Part shown: positions 1 through 13,937 of the stretch, piece by piece
Position numbering within the stretch: the first letter of the stretch is position 1
Layout: every line of letters starts with the position of its first letter
DNA from: Paraspadella gotoi
Lineage: Eukaryota; Animalia; Chaetognatha
Direction of reading: 5' to 3'
Assembly (NCBI GenBank): GCA_051294375.1
Contig: CM119264.1
Location: forward strand, 18,569,581-18,633,580
DNA: 64,000 nt
The notes under the pieces: generated by a model
Told to the model about the DNA's origin: nothing
Database searches by the model: none
What the model saw: only the letters and a program-made list of their open reading frames with translations
Program-made: the position numbers and the translations under genes

Positions 1-398
1 AATCTTCTTTAATAATTTTATTGGTTCTGGGTCTGGAAGTAGCCAAGTAGTTTACATACTTAAAGCTGATACTCATATTTCATGCCATCTGGAAAAAGTA
101 TTTTTCGGCTCAAAATATAGTAATAACAAATTGAAAATATAGTTGATAACGAAATTAAAACAATAATAAAAAATATATTGTTTTATTTATCTTTAAAATT
201 AAATATAAGCAAAATATTTTGATTCAGAAATTACCTATCTTAATTAAGAAAAATCATTTCTTTACCTAGGCAATTTCAGTAACACTTTGCTCAGTTAATC
301 AGGCAAAATATTACCTAAGTTCACCCCTTAGTAAGAATATGGTACAACAATTTATGCTCTAAGTTATACTTTGTTTTCTCCATTTGCATTTTTCTGGT

Positions 399-498
399 NN
401 NNNNNNNNNNNNNNNNNNNNNNNNNNNNNNNNNNNNNNNNNNNNNNNNNNNNNNNNNNNNNNNNNNNNNNNNNNNNNNNNNNNNNNNNNNNNNNNNNN
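399..498. other. Assembly gap (others: 9798-9897, 21931-21955, 33533-33583, 43731-43755)
   Basis: N runs of 100, 100, 25, 51 and 25 bases. Confidence 0.99.
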
Positions 499-2687
499 AA
501 ATGAAGAGAATGATATACTTACGAAAGCTCTAATGTAAAAATTCAATTCAATTAAGAGAGTCAACAGTAAATTATGTAAAATTTTAAATCTTTTTTTAAG
601 ATATATGACCTGTTCAAATTATTATAACATAAAATATTATTATTTATATAAGTATCAAGAAAGAGCCTGAAAAAAGAAGATTTAAGATAGCCAATCACAA
701 TTTGATAAAAATCTTAAATTTACTCTCCAGTTATTGATTTTTGGAAAGATGTCTCATTTTTAAGTATCCTAATTAAATTAAAGCTGGGCCGGTTAAATTT
801 TATGTGACAGCATTTGTAAGTACGTCATTCTATTTAGATTTGAAAGGGCTTTCAGAAGATAATATTAATATTATTTTAGTTCAATTTCCTTCAGAAAACT
901 TACTGAAAATAAGAAAAAAAAATTGAATCTAAAAAAAGTGAGTTGGAAAATGAAACCCAATTTTACAAGCCAACTTTCTCCACTCACTGTCAAGGCATAT
1001 CTTAACTGATCAATATAAAATTTGAACATATAAATTACTTTAATATTTTCTACTCAACTAATTTTTAAAATCAATGAAATAACCACTGGTTTTCAAATGA
1101 CAGCGCTTGTAAAATTGTCACCATGTACTCATGAGTGGAAGTGGCGATTTACTTCCAGTCCAGTGGAAATGAGTGGAAAAAAAATGTTTCAATATTTCAT
1201 TATGCTTTTTTGTTTTTACATTGAATGTAAATTGAAGGTTAATCAATTAATTAATAAATTAATTAGAATTTTCATTTTCTTATCACATTTACAAATTCTT
1301 AAATTTCTCTTGGCTGAAACGAGTTAAAACAAATCGTTCCCCATAAAGCTTCATGCAAGTGTAAAAAAAAATATTTTCAAGAATAAACATAAAAGTTACC
1401 GGGCTCACTCATTATGAGTATTCCAGTGCTGATGTTTAATCGACTTTCAAGTATCCGTTTAAAGTAGTGGCATATATTGTTTAAATCAAAAATTAAAGGA
1501 AGGTGAATAGGAATCAGTCAGGGATATGCCCTTTCAATACCACTCAATTGAAAAAAAAATTTTCTAAGAAAAAACAACTTTAAATAAAAATTAAAATAAA
1601 ACCCATGAGAAAAAAATGGAGATAGTTTGTTTGACGCAAACAGACGTGAACAATCCACCAATGAAAAAAATATATTTTAAACTACTTTCAGACCGTAGCT
1701 GAGACAGTGCATTGGGACTTTTTACTCTCTTTAAAAATTTGAAAAATATACATCTCATATACGTTTGAATACTTTGGTACATAATGTATATAATGTAATA
1801 ATATATACATGTATCTATATTATGAAATTGGTACAACAATATAAAAATTATCCATTCATTTAATAAATAAGCTGATTCTTGCCCCTGCTTTGGACAGGCT
1901 TTATATAATTATATATGGTATATGTAAGATTTCGAATATAAAGGTTTTTTTTCTCTTTTTATTACATTTTGTACCATGAATTAAGCTAAGTTTCTAATTA
2001 ACCAATTTACGGTATAAACGTAAACGTTTAGAAAAATTAACGGTAAGAACACTCTATTATGTGTGAGGTGGTATTGTGGTTGTAGTGGTGATTGTGTATG
2101 TCTGAGTGATGTTATAAATTGTAATTAGTAGTCTAGTATTTGGCAAGCATGCATCCACATTTCATATTAGAAGGGAAAAAAGCAAATCTTAATAGTGAAA
2201 ACATGATTTGTTTTTTTTTTAAACCCATTTCCACTCGGACGATTCGACAAAATTCAATCACACAACAGAATTCAGGTCATCGCCCGAAAACTCCAGTTAT
2301 TGGTCCACGAGCTAAGAGGGACGGAACGGACGGATATCAACTTTTTTGGATAATTTTTCGTAATTCGATATTCTGAGATGATTTAAAGTGATTTTACCGA
2401 CAAGATTTTGTGAGGCGGACCGATTGGACGCGACAAGTGAATTATCGCAGTGGGATCTACTATTGAATTAAGGCTAAAAATAGTTTAGTTTGATAACCGG
2501 ATAGTTTGTCAAGTCGGAAATGTTTCCTTACGCGGGTCTTTCGCAAATCATCCTCTTAAAGGTGGCTTTCTACAGGCGACATCGCTTTATCGGAGGACAA
2601 CAAGGATTTCCGCTCGGTCCGTAATGAGCATCAGGTTTAGATAACAGGACACTGAGCCAAGTCACAACTGAAGTATCCGTAAAAAAT

Positions 2688-3250
2688 ATCTTAAAAAGGC
2701 ATAGGGATCGAGCGCGCTTTCGATAGTAACCAAATATATAGCGATGATAACCAAATATTGATGCTTGATTGATAACCCAAATAATTGACGCCATGAAAAC
2801 AATAATTTGATGCGATGAATAACAAAATGACTGATGTGATGATTATCAAATGATTGATGCGCATTGGATAGTTCATTCATTGAATATGATGCATTTATAT
2901 CATTTCATTGATTTACGTATCGATAGATGCAGTATCATTGTTGATGCGATGATATAATTCATTGACGCGCTGAATCATTCATTTCGTAAATTAAAACAAA
3001 CAATGCGGTGTATGGTGAAAGAGAGAGAGAAGAGAGAGGGAGGAGGAAGGGGAGAGGAGAGAGAGAGGCTGGACAGTTGTTCCCGCCAACGAACGCATAT
3101 ATTAGGTCTCTCTCGTTATATAAAGAAGGCTTATAATACAGAATTTTTTAGAAAAAATCCACGTTCTTGGATGTTTGTGTTTGTATTGAGAAAGCGCGGA
3201 TAAATGGGCGATAATAAAAGTTTTTAGAAGGAAAAAAGAGAGAGAGAGAG

Positions 3251-3281
<31 letters not shown>

Positions 3282-5954
3282 GGAGAGAGAAAAAGAAGCC
3301 ATTAGAACATTTTTTGTAACATTAGAAAAAATTATAATCCCTTCATATATAGTTGAATACTCAGTTAACGACTTGATATTTTTGAACTTCAATAATAATA
3401 ATAAAATAAAATCGCGTAATCGCGTTATTGGTCATGTTCTTGACATTGTTATCGTTGCCTCGCAAACGGCCACGAAATCCAGTAAAGAGAAAAGCGCGGA
3501 ATAAATGGTGATAATAAAAGTTTTTTAGAAGGAAAAAAATAATCAGAGAGAGAGGGGAGAGAGGGGAGAGAGAGAGAGAGAGTGAGAATAAAAAGAATAA
3601 CGCGTATTCTTTATCCAATTATAATCGTATCGTTGCTCGCAAGGCGCGTGATCTCGGTCAAGTTGGATCTATTATACAACGTAACGCTTTCCACTTGCCA
3701 TCAAAACGCGTTTTTTAGGTCAATGTTCCTTTTGACATTGTCTACTCGTTCCTGCCAACGGCCCCGAAATCCGGGCAGTAAGATATCTTCACAATTTTTC
3801 TCCACAAATCCAACGAAAATCTCAAGGATGAGTAAATTTTGGGATTTTTGTATGAAAAAAAAGCGGGCGATAAATGGCGATAAATAAAAGTTTTTAGAAG
3901 GCAAAAATAATCAGAAATTTTCAAAAAACGAACGTATTTATCGCAAGCATCGAAAGAGAGAAAGAGACAGAAAGAGAGAGAAGAGATGGTAGAGAAGACG
4001 GAAAGACGGATGAGGAGAGAGAGAGAGAGAGCAGAGAAAGAAAGCGACATGACGCTATGTGGATGGGGAACTCGTTTACTCGTACAGTGACGGTGGCGTT
4101 GAAAAAAAAAGTGAGCTAAATAATATTGAGAAATTCAAACAAAAACGAGACGCATTAATGGTCACTCCTCGTATTATCGGTTATCCGTTCCTTGCAACCG
4201 GCGTACGTGAATTGTTCGGTTCTATGGTTGATTTTTTTATATACACCGTTAGACGCGGTTATGTAGGTCAGTTCACCTCGACATTGTGTTACTTGTAGTT
4301 GGGTTATTGATATATTTGGGATTTCGTATTGACGATAAATTATATTAATGCGGTGGGTTACGGGAGTATAGGTTAAAGATTTAGAAGGAAAAAAATCCTA
4401 CGAAAATCTCGGATTTAGTAATAATGCGTAATAGTTTTTTGAAGGAAAAAAAGAGAGAGAAAGGAGAGAGAAGAATGAGAGAAGAGAGAGAGGAGAGATG
4501 AGATGAGAGAAAGAGAGATAGAGAGAAAAGATTGTTCTTTTTTTAGGAAGAAACCAAGGTACCGTAGGTCAAATTGTGTATAGTATATGCATATTTAATT
4601 AAGTATTTATATAATAGTGTATCTACACTCAATAAAAATTATTAATTTAAAAAAAAGGTTAAATAATGATGTAAATATTTATACAACTAAAGAAATATAT
4701 ACTAAATTTAATAATTAGTACAAATTATCAGAATAACAAAAAAAGTAATGTTTTAATTTGACTATATCTCTCTTATCAACTCTATTTTAGATATATATTT
4801 GCCAATAGTGGGCCAACCGGTCCAAAGTTGCAATAATAAATAAACAAAATTTTTTTTTATAATGTGATGCATGCAATTTATTATTCGGCGAAAGTGCTGC
4901 ATATATAATAGGTCACATTAGCTGATTTATATGTGACAATGCATATCATTATAAGTTATTCTTCATTTTTTTAAAAAATAATAAGAGAAAGAGAGAGAGA
5001 GAGGAGAGAGAGAGAAAAAGAAAACCCGAATTTTCTTTCTAATTATATCTAGATATAAATTTGGGATTTTGTATTGAAAAAAAAAGCGCGGAATAAATGC
5101 GATAATAAAAGGAGAAGTAAAAAAATCAGAATTTTTCAAAAAACGAACGATCGTACAGAGTGAGAGAGACAGAAAGACAGAAAGAGAGAGAAAGAGAGAC
5201 AGAGAAAGAGAAAAAGAGAGACAAAGAGACAGAAAAAGAGGCTGGAAGCCAGCTGAACAGTCACTGCAGAACCTGAACTTCGTTTTTAAGGGTTCAGAAA
5301 AAGCAGCAACTGACAAATATAAAAAAAAAAATCTATATATTTTAAGAAATAAAGAAAGGCAAAAATAGTTACGATTGTTTACAATGAAATTTTTTCCAAT
5401 TTTTCAATCGCAGCTTGTAAAAGAATTTAATTTATATTTGTATTAAAATTAAGATATAGTTTCTCATTAAAAAAAATCCTTTGAGTTCCCATTTTTAATA
5501 AAAATTTATAGCCAAATTTTTTGAATTTCATCTTCAATATTATATACTGCATATATAGTAAATTAAGATTAAAGTTTTAATTATCTTGATTTTAATGAGT
5601 ACTTTAATTCATTATGGCATACTGCAGTAATTCATAATGAAGTGGAAATTCAAACAAAAAATACTTAATCCAAATGTAATATGAAAATTCACAGCTATTT
5701 AACGATGAAAAGCCATATCTAAATTTTTAACTTACTATGATCGCACACTATTTGTAAAACTTTATCATAATTCATAATAATTTTTATTTATAAAAAAAAA
5801 CGGTATGTCACAGCCAAACTTATAAAAGCGTAGTAGTTTTTTTATAGAAAACAGCGTGACGGACGACGACGACGACGACGACGACGACGTCACCAAAGAA
5901 GCAACCTAAAACATTATCGGAAGCCTGACCCGGCTTCGCCGGTCAGGGCTCGAT
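2688..5954 (-). mobile_element. Same HINE-like element in the inverted copy
   Basis: Reverse complement of 22502-25823; hairpin at 5923-5950, (GAC)n at 5862-5889. Confidence 0.65.
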
Positions 5955-6042
5955 AAAAATTGAATAGATAAGGTCTTTTAACGTTCACTAACGTACAAAC
6001 AAAATTTAACTCTGTTATAATACTGTTATACTACTATTTTAC

Positions 6043-6997
6043 CGCATTCCCAACGTGAACATTTGTCGTCCTCCTCGATGAACTTTGGTTTGTGAGTTGG
6101 TGGACAACTCGGAGGGGGTCCCACCTCTGGACAACATTGACATCGAACTCTGGCCTAAAACAATTTTTGGGTATTAGATATAAATATTTTTATAAGTTTC
6201 GCCTTTTTAAAATAATAATATTAGTATAATAATTGCTTTCGCACCTGATCCACCCCTTCCGGAATGAAGCCCCTGATGATGCCTTCCCTTTTTTTGTTTT
6301 CGCAAATGTTCAAACGCCTTGCACCTTCTTCAGTGGCGTCTTTCAGGGGAATGGGTTTAGACAAACGGATTGAGGCATCGGTGAAGCAAACTTCTGTTAA
6401 ACTGCCATTATCTTTTCTTTGGCAAGTGCTGAAAATAAGATGTTGGAATTTTTAGATCGTTCAATACAACCGTTTTTTTTTATATATTAGATATTTACCA
6501 ACACGGGTCGCTCATAATGTCGCCCTCCAAAATGAGTTGTCCGCTGGAATTAAGGCCGCAATGGATGCAATCCTTTTCAAATATACAGGTTCCGTTATCA
6601 TTTTTTATGAACTTGGGAGGACATTCTTTTGCGCTGCACCCTTCCACGCAGAATGATTCCTAAATCAAAAACCTTTTATTAAACAAAAATATGCTAACCT
6701 TTTTAATCAAGACCATAAAATAAATACGACCATAAATAAAAACGATGAAATTTGAATAAAAACCTTATCACATCTTTTCTCTTCCTTTAAACGATTGAAG
6801 CAAGACAGTGGCGGCCGTAACTTAATGCAAGGATTGTAGCAAGGACATTCAGTGGTGGCATTGGTGCTCCGCCACGGGACATTGGATAGCTAAATGACAG
6901 AAGCTTTTTTTTAGCTATTTTTTTTCTTTATTTCTTTATTTCTCTCTTTCTTGCTTTTTTTTTCTTTCTTTCTTTATTTCTCTCTTTCTTGCTTTTT

Positions 6998-7029
<32 letters not shown>

Positions 7030-7339
7030 TTCCTTTTATTTGTTTTTTTTTATGATTCTATATATACTCACGACAGAGCTCCTGGCTCCTCCACTTAATC
7101 GGAACTCCCGCACGTGCGCATTCTTCAGCGTAGACAGTGATAGCGGTGCACATGCACTCACATGTTCCTCCAAAGTCGCACGCACAGGTGTCGGAGACGC
7201 AACGATCAAAGTAGGGCGTGGGGTTGACGAATGAGTGGCAGTCTTTAAAGAGTTCTCCTCTCATCACATCGCATTTCTTTGAAACAAAAGGAGAAAAAGG
7301 TTAAACTTAAACTATTCTAAGTGCATCTCGTTACTACCG

Positions 7340-7390
<51 letters not shown>

Positions 7391-9755
7391 CAACCACCAC
7401 CACTGCCACCAAAACCACCGCCACTATTTATTCAATATCAATCAGTCATAAATACTTTTATTATATATGTACTACTTTTTCCGATTTTAAAGATCAAAAC
7501 CTAGTCGTTGTTTATTTTTTATATAGAAATTTGTAAACCTAACTTAACAAAATAAATTAAGCCTGAATTTTTCTTCGGCTTTAATTTGATAAAAGGATTA
7601 ATTTAATGAAAGATACTCATTACCCATACTCCTATGATCTTTTTTCCTCGGCTATTTTCAAGAACAGGGTTTCGTATTATCGGTCGAAATTACGGCATTA
7701 TTTTTCTTCCGACAAACCTGTTTTGCCCATGAATGCTTCTGGTCATTGGAACATTTCCCCTCAGGCTGTTCTTCGGTATTCGAACACTTAGCGGCGTTAA
7801 CCGTCCAATAGTTTCCAAACTCGTAAGAAGGGCTAATGGCATTTCCGCCGTTAGGCGGTTTCAAGTCATCTTCTGAGTCTCCGTTAAAGTTTCCACAAAG
7901 ACCTTCAACTCTGTTTTGGTGGTAACCATCTGAAAAGTATTAAAGTATTAAGGTATTTCTCAAGCTATTGAATACTACTTGTAAGTTGTACGTTTAGATC
8001 TACAAGTAACCATTTGGAGGCAAAAAACCACTAAAACCATTAAAACCACGACGTCGTAACTTTTTTCGTTAGAGGACACAACAACTACAGTTATCAAAAA
8101 CCATAGCATGATAGCAATAACTACAATAACTACAATAACCACTACAATCACAACTACAAACAGTGGAACACTTACCAAGCCTTACGTAGAGAAGAGTACC
8201 GCCTCATCCAAGCAGGCTGATGCCTTCAACCCGGCATTAAACGTAAACGTAGAGGCCACTTGACGGATTGCCAAGCCTGAGGCTTTGGCGAAGTGTCCTC
8301 TCCCCACGGGTAAGCTTGACTTTGAATCGTACAGTATTATTAGTCTGTGTGAAAAAAAAATATTAATTCCAATAATAATATCGATCGGTGATAATCTAAA
8401 TATGCTGCTCTTACCTTGTTAAAAACCGTTAAGTGATTGATTTTGTGCACGTGACTCCAGAGGATCCGCAGGAACATTTTTGATGATAATTGAAAATCGG
8501 CCTCGTTTTTGTTTTTTCCCTGAGCCAAATGTTGTTATTCGCAATCTCGTTAAAATCTATTTTTTTCCATCAAACGTTGTGAAGTGGGAATCACCTATAA
8601 AAACGAACGAAATGCAACATTAATAAAAACTAATAGATATCAGATTTGATTTTTTCTTAAATGTTAATTTATCTAAATCATACATCGCAGAGGAATCAAG
8701 ACGCAAGAATCAATCGGACTATCAACGACAATTGTGAATTCAAACTTACCCCACGAAGTGCATGTGCCCGAACACGGGCACTGGTGCACCTCACTTTCCC
8801 TTTCGCAAGTACAAGTATTGCAATCTTGTTTAAAGTTCCTGTGTCCCTGGCGGTAAGTTTTATCGCTGTGCTTGCAGGAGCATTCGAATGTGGTACGCAA
8901 GCCGTTAGACCGTCGAACGAACCCGCCTTTGCATTCGCATCCTGGACAGTGGATATCAATGGAGCTAGAGATAGGAAACTAAGAAGATAATAATATGGCA
9001 ATAAAGAAAGTTATTAAAAATAAAAAATATGTTTTACCCCACGGCATGAATCGAGGGTCCCACCAAACGCGATTCTCGATCCATGTTGCTACAAGTTGCC
9101 TCACATTCTTTGTTAAAACAATTCGTTACACGTTCGTTTTCTTTGCATGTAGGAGGGATTGTAATGATACATTTCCAATTCAGGCCTTGGCACGTGCTTA
9201 GTGAAACAGAGAAAATACGGCAAATTACTCTCAATTTTAGAACACGGTATTTATATACATGGGAATATCAGAAGGTGACTCGTGTTTTTCCTCCAATCGC
9301 AGCTCACCATAATTCCCATTGTCCCGCTTCGTTTTTCCTCACAACGGTTTGCCCTTTGCCGTAATCGTGTCCGTTAAAGTGACACTCGCAGTCACCGACC
9401 GCCACGCAGGCTCCGTCTCGATTGAGGGCCTGACCAGCGGGGCAGGAGCAGCCTTCCGTGCAGAGAGACTTGCAATCGCTGGTGCCGAGTGATATGGCGC
9501 GACAGGAAGTGCGACAGTTGTCGACGCAGGGGTCGAAAGTTTGACCTACAAAAGAGATAGGTTTAATCAAAAATAAATGATTTAATAAATGAAATGTATG
9601 AAAAAATGAATGAATGAATCAATCAATAAATAAATCAAATCTATCAAAACAATCATTGGAAAAAACCTGGCGGGCATTCGGCGGAGCATTTCTCGACTTT
9701 TGATCGCCAATTGCCCACTGCATGTCCCCTTTTGGCGCATGAGTCCGCATATCGT
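6043..9755 (-). CDS. Inverted second copy (other haplotype or paralog) of the D'-D3-TIL-unique-domain exons
   Basis: 499-9797 is the reverse complement of about 13985-17810 plus 21956-27875. Examples: TFDPCVDNCRTSCRAISLG, RVEGLCGNFNGDSEDD, FKDCHSFVNPTPYFDRCVSDTCACDFGGTCECMC. Bounded by two 100-N gaps. Confidence 0.85.
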
Positions 9756-10009
9756 CTACAAAAATCTTAAAAGCATAAAGATCGAGCCGCTTTCGATNNN
9801 NNNNNNNNNNNNNNNNNNNNNNNNNNNNNNNNNNNNNNNNNNNNNNNNNNNNNNNNNNNNNNNNNNNNNNNNNNNNNNNNNNNNNNNNNNNNNNNNNGTG
9901 CATAAATTTTTGTACCCATAGTTGGTAAGCCGATGTTGTACCTATATTCTTATTCTTGGGCCGTTAAGAATTTTCTTATAAGCCTACCACCTGAAATATT
10001 AAACAGCAA

Positions 10010-10275
10010 TGGTGGATCTAAAAATCCACTCAAACACAGGTTCATCCAGAGGCTATTGTGCTGGAGGCCAGTCATTCGCCTCCGCTCCAAACCCAAAGGT
10101 CCTGGTGGTTCTAAGCCCGTAAGTCGCCGAGCAGATAAGGGACGGGGCGCTTAGACCCGACCCTGTAACACGGGTGTTACAAGCCTGATCGCGAAACCAG
10201 AGACTGCTTATATTGAACGTTTTGTCACTGAACTACATAAGTTGACATTAGACAATATAATAACTGTGCTTCTCA
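10010..10275 (+). mobile_element. Solo LTR, family A (noisy copy)
   Basis: TGGTGG...CTCA flanked by CAGCAA (10004-09) and CAGCGA (10276-81). Shares gtcattcgcctcc, aaaggtcc, ctgtaacacgg-tgttaca and ctgcttatattgaacg. Confidence 0.7.
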
Positions 10276-10336
10276 CAGCGATGAAGTAAATAGAAGAAGG
10301 TATATTCACCTCTTAAGAAATCTACTTCGCTCCTAC

Positions 10337-12173
10337 CTTCAAGAAGCGTCATTCAGTGTGCGTGCATTTACTGTTCTGGATTGTCGCAAAGTTGCAAGCG
10401 CAGTTCGATCCGCAGTCCATCGTAGATTTGACACCGACGGACACTTGCCACGCTGCGGAGAACAAAGGAGCTTGAATTCAGGAAGTTCACTAACGAATTT
10501 TTCCTAAAATATTGGAAACATGTTTTTTTTTTAATAAAAAACTTTAGTGTAGCTAACGGCAAAAGTCCTCTATTCTGCCAATGCAGCTGTCGTCGTGGTA
10601 CTTGGCCTCAATTTTCTCGAGCACTCTCGGACGTAAAGCCTCAAAAGGCGCACAGGCGGCGAAAAGATTTCGCCCGTCGTCGCCATAGTGACAGTGAGAT
10701 CTCTGATGCAGGTCTCGCCATAGAATAATTAGTCTAGGTGTGGGTAGAGCATGTACGTTGTCATTGTATAAAATAGTGAGAAAGTGAGGTTAAGAAATGA
10801 TTTAAGGAAAACATCGATCCGCGGGCGAATCACAACTGACCGACGTCGGCTTACTTTGAATGTTTGCACGGAGCCTTTTAGAATTGTCGCAGAACTTTTT
10901 CTCCTGCTTGTGCACGTTTTGTCGTCGTTGCAGTAAAGAAGCTCACCGCCTTATTCGGTCACAATCTAATGAGAAAAGTAAACGAATTTGGCTAATAACA
11001 CTTCAATATGTTTACTCTTAAGAAGTTCTTAATTTGGTACTAATCTGACCTTTATTTCACAGTGAACTATAATTGCAAGAATGACGCGTAATTGCGATGC
11101 GGCCGGAGCGTCGGCTCCATCCATCGTCTTAAAGTACGTTGCTGGACAAAACATTCGAAGTTGCCGCAAAGTCCGCACATCCTAATTGATCAGATGCAGG
11201 ATCATCAAGTTTAAGGAAATAATTTTATTAGAAACAAAATAAGCAATAAAATACTTTAAAAAGTTTGTTGAAATTAATTCACGGCTCTTTTGTCATTACG
11301 AGAAGAAAAAATCCTGCCTCGACTGAAGTTGTTTCATTCGTCAATTGAATCGATACAACAATTCTTTCTTGTCCCATATAATTTGGAATCCTAGAATCTC
11401 CGATATCTTCGACCAACTCATCTCGACCCGCCTGTTAAACAAAATTGACTAATAACCATGATTGATGTCGTTAATGGATTGCTTATTAAATAAGTATGAC
11501 TTTCAAGGTTATGAATTTGTAAAATTAAAAAAATATTTAGCGAAGGTCCGACCCCGTCCGTGAATCTCCATATTGTTGTCTATATAAGTGAATGTCTGTA
11601 GGTTACTGATGTGGGTTGGCGACCCGACGACGGCCTAACGAGTATTCAAGGTGCAACGTGTTTGAGTCCGGCTTGATCACCAAGGCCGGTTTGTAAATCG
11701 AACCCTTCGTCGTCTATCTAGTGGAGAGGAAAGATAGAGTGAACAAGTCTAAAAGAAAGAAACAACAACCACAAAGAATAACAACAAACCACAAGAACTC
11801 ACAGGAGGATGCGTTGACGATTTGAATCTCGAACAGATGCGTGCGACCAAAGTCCTTTGGCCAAAACATAGCGACATTTCCCGTTGAAGCTGTACGCTTT
11901 CGCGTCGAAAAGTGCGGTAATTGGGCACTGCCACGTGGCGCCAATAGCCGTCCCGACTTTGGGGAGTCCGGGTCGACCGGCGATTGGGGGCGTGGGGGCC
12001 TTGTCGTCGTTGTCTGGGTTGTAGACGTTTATCCGATCACATGCGTGGAAAGTTGCCTAAGGTCTGCAAGGTATTGGCCATTTTCCATCCCTCTCTAGCA
12101 GTTAAAGTTCCTGGTGTTAATGAAAAAAAACTAATAATAATGTGAGAAATAAAAAAGAGAGAGCACGAAGAGA

Positions 12174-12223
<50 letters not shown>

Positions 12224-12516
12224 AGAGAGGGAGGAGAGAGAAGAGACTGGATCTCCCAGCTCAGACTCTTTTCTCTTGCCCCATACACAACCCATCCAAT
12301 CTCTTGTCCTTTCCCGTCGATCTACCGTGTTGGATCCCACTTTGGGCACGACCCTGCTGCGCATGTGAGAAAGCAGAACAGAAGGTGACTTCTCATTCAT
12401 CAGAAAAGTGTGGTTGAGGAGCGCACGTTTCTGTGCGCCGACTGGAGCACATCCGCAGTCCTGAAGCGCAAACTGGGCATTTGGGGCCGCGAAACCATCT
12501 TGGGCAGCGACACCAG
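10337..12516 (-). CDS. Upstream exons of the same gene (EGF-like fragment, first VWD, C8, first half of TIL), inverted and frameshifted by sequence errors
   Basis: After correcting apparent indels, the minus strand reads ~NYRTFDAKAYSFNGKCRYVLAK (11790-11950), MCGLCGNF (11160-11181), a C8 end (10560-10690) and a TIL first half ending ..EG|gt at 10337. That TIL is completed by the + strand exon at 12565 (GCRCP). Confidence 0.75.
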
Positions 12517-12564
12517 GTCTTAAGTTATACTTTGTTTTCTCCATTTGCATTTTTCTGGTGACAG

Positions 12565-13900
12565 GCTGTCGATGTCCTACGGGCACGGTACTGCACGAGG
12601 GACGCTGTATAGTTCCTGACGTATGTCCTTGCGTCGACGGAGGAAAAATATTCGAAAAAGGCAGCAGCATCAAAAAGGATTGTAATACTTGGTTAGTAAA
12701 AAATCCTAGAACAGTATTTATTTTTTTAATTTTAGGTCGTCGATGAAAAACTTTTCTGTTTCTAATTAGCACATGCAAATCCGGTTCTTGGAGCTGCACG
12801 GAGAACATCTGCGACGCTACGTGCGAAGGCAACGGGGATCCACACTACAAAACCTTCGATGGAATGAATTACGACTTCATGGGCGATTGCAAATACTACT
12901 TGCTGCACAGTGATGACGTCGAAATCCTCGTTGAGAACCGGAAGTGCGGAAGTCACCTGACCTGCACCAAGTCGCTTACTGTTTTGGTTGCGGGCGATGA
13001 GATCGTCGCCATGCAGAGTGAGTTAGGATAGGGTGAGGGAGAGTGAGTCTAAGTTAATAAGCGAAAGAAATAATTGTTGCCGAGAACAGTTAAAACCTTA
13101 AGTAGTATCTTTTTAAAAATATTTTGTCGCCTTAATAATACTGACTTTAAAAAGGCATGACTGATCTTTTCAGACAAAATCATTCAATTAAACGGCGACG
13201 GTCCGAAAGCGCGCCCTGCCTTCAAGACCGACGACGTCTTCTATCACCCGGCGAGTTCGTCCTGGGATCAGCTCGACCTCTTCAATCTCGGCGTCGCTGT
13301 TCAGTGGGACGCGCAGATGTCCTTCAAGGTCACCGTTCCCGCCTCCTTCTTCAACAGAACCAAGGGTTAGGCGTTGGGCGTTGTTTCTGTATTCTGTTCC
13401 GTATTCGGATCAACGATACGAGCAACATTAAATTTTCCATTGCAGGTCTCTGCGGGACCTTCAACCACGTGCAGAAGGACGACTTTTTGACTCTCGAAGG
13501 AGATATAGAGACGACGCCCGAAGCGTTCGGCGATAAGTGGCGAGTCCTTCAAGATTGTCCCGGACAAACGCCGGTGCCGACGACTTGCTCCGACAAGCAG
13601 ATGGAAGATGCTGAGGCCATCTGCGATGTGATCAAGGGCGACGCTTTTAAAAGTGAGAATTTGGTTTAGCAGTTAGTAACAAATGGTACTGATTGATGGC
13701 ATTGAGAAAATAAATGATAGAAGTGGGTTATATGGTTACCGAACTACTTCCTTAAAGATTGCCACGACGCTGTGGATGTTGCTACCGACTACCACAACTG
13801 CCTCGTCGATGTTTGCAACTGCGACAAGAAAAACGTTGGAGACTGTTTTTGTGATAATCTTGGGTAAGTTTCTTTTCCATCTCTCTCTTCTCCCTTTAAT

Positions 13901-13937
<37 letters not shown>

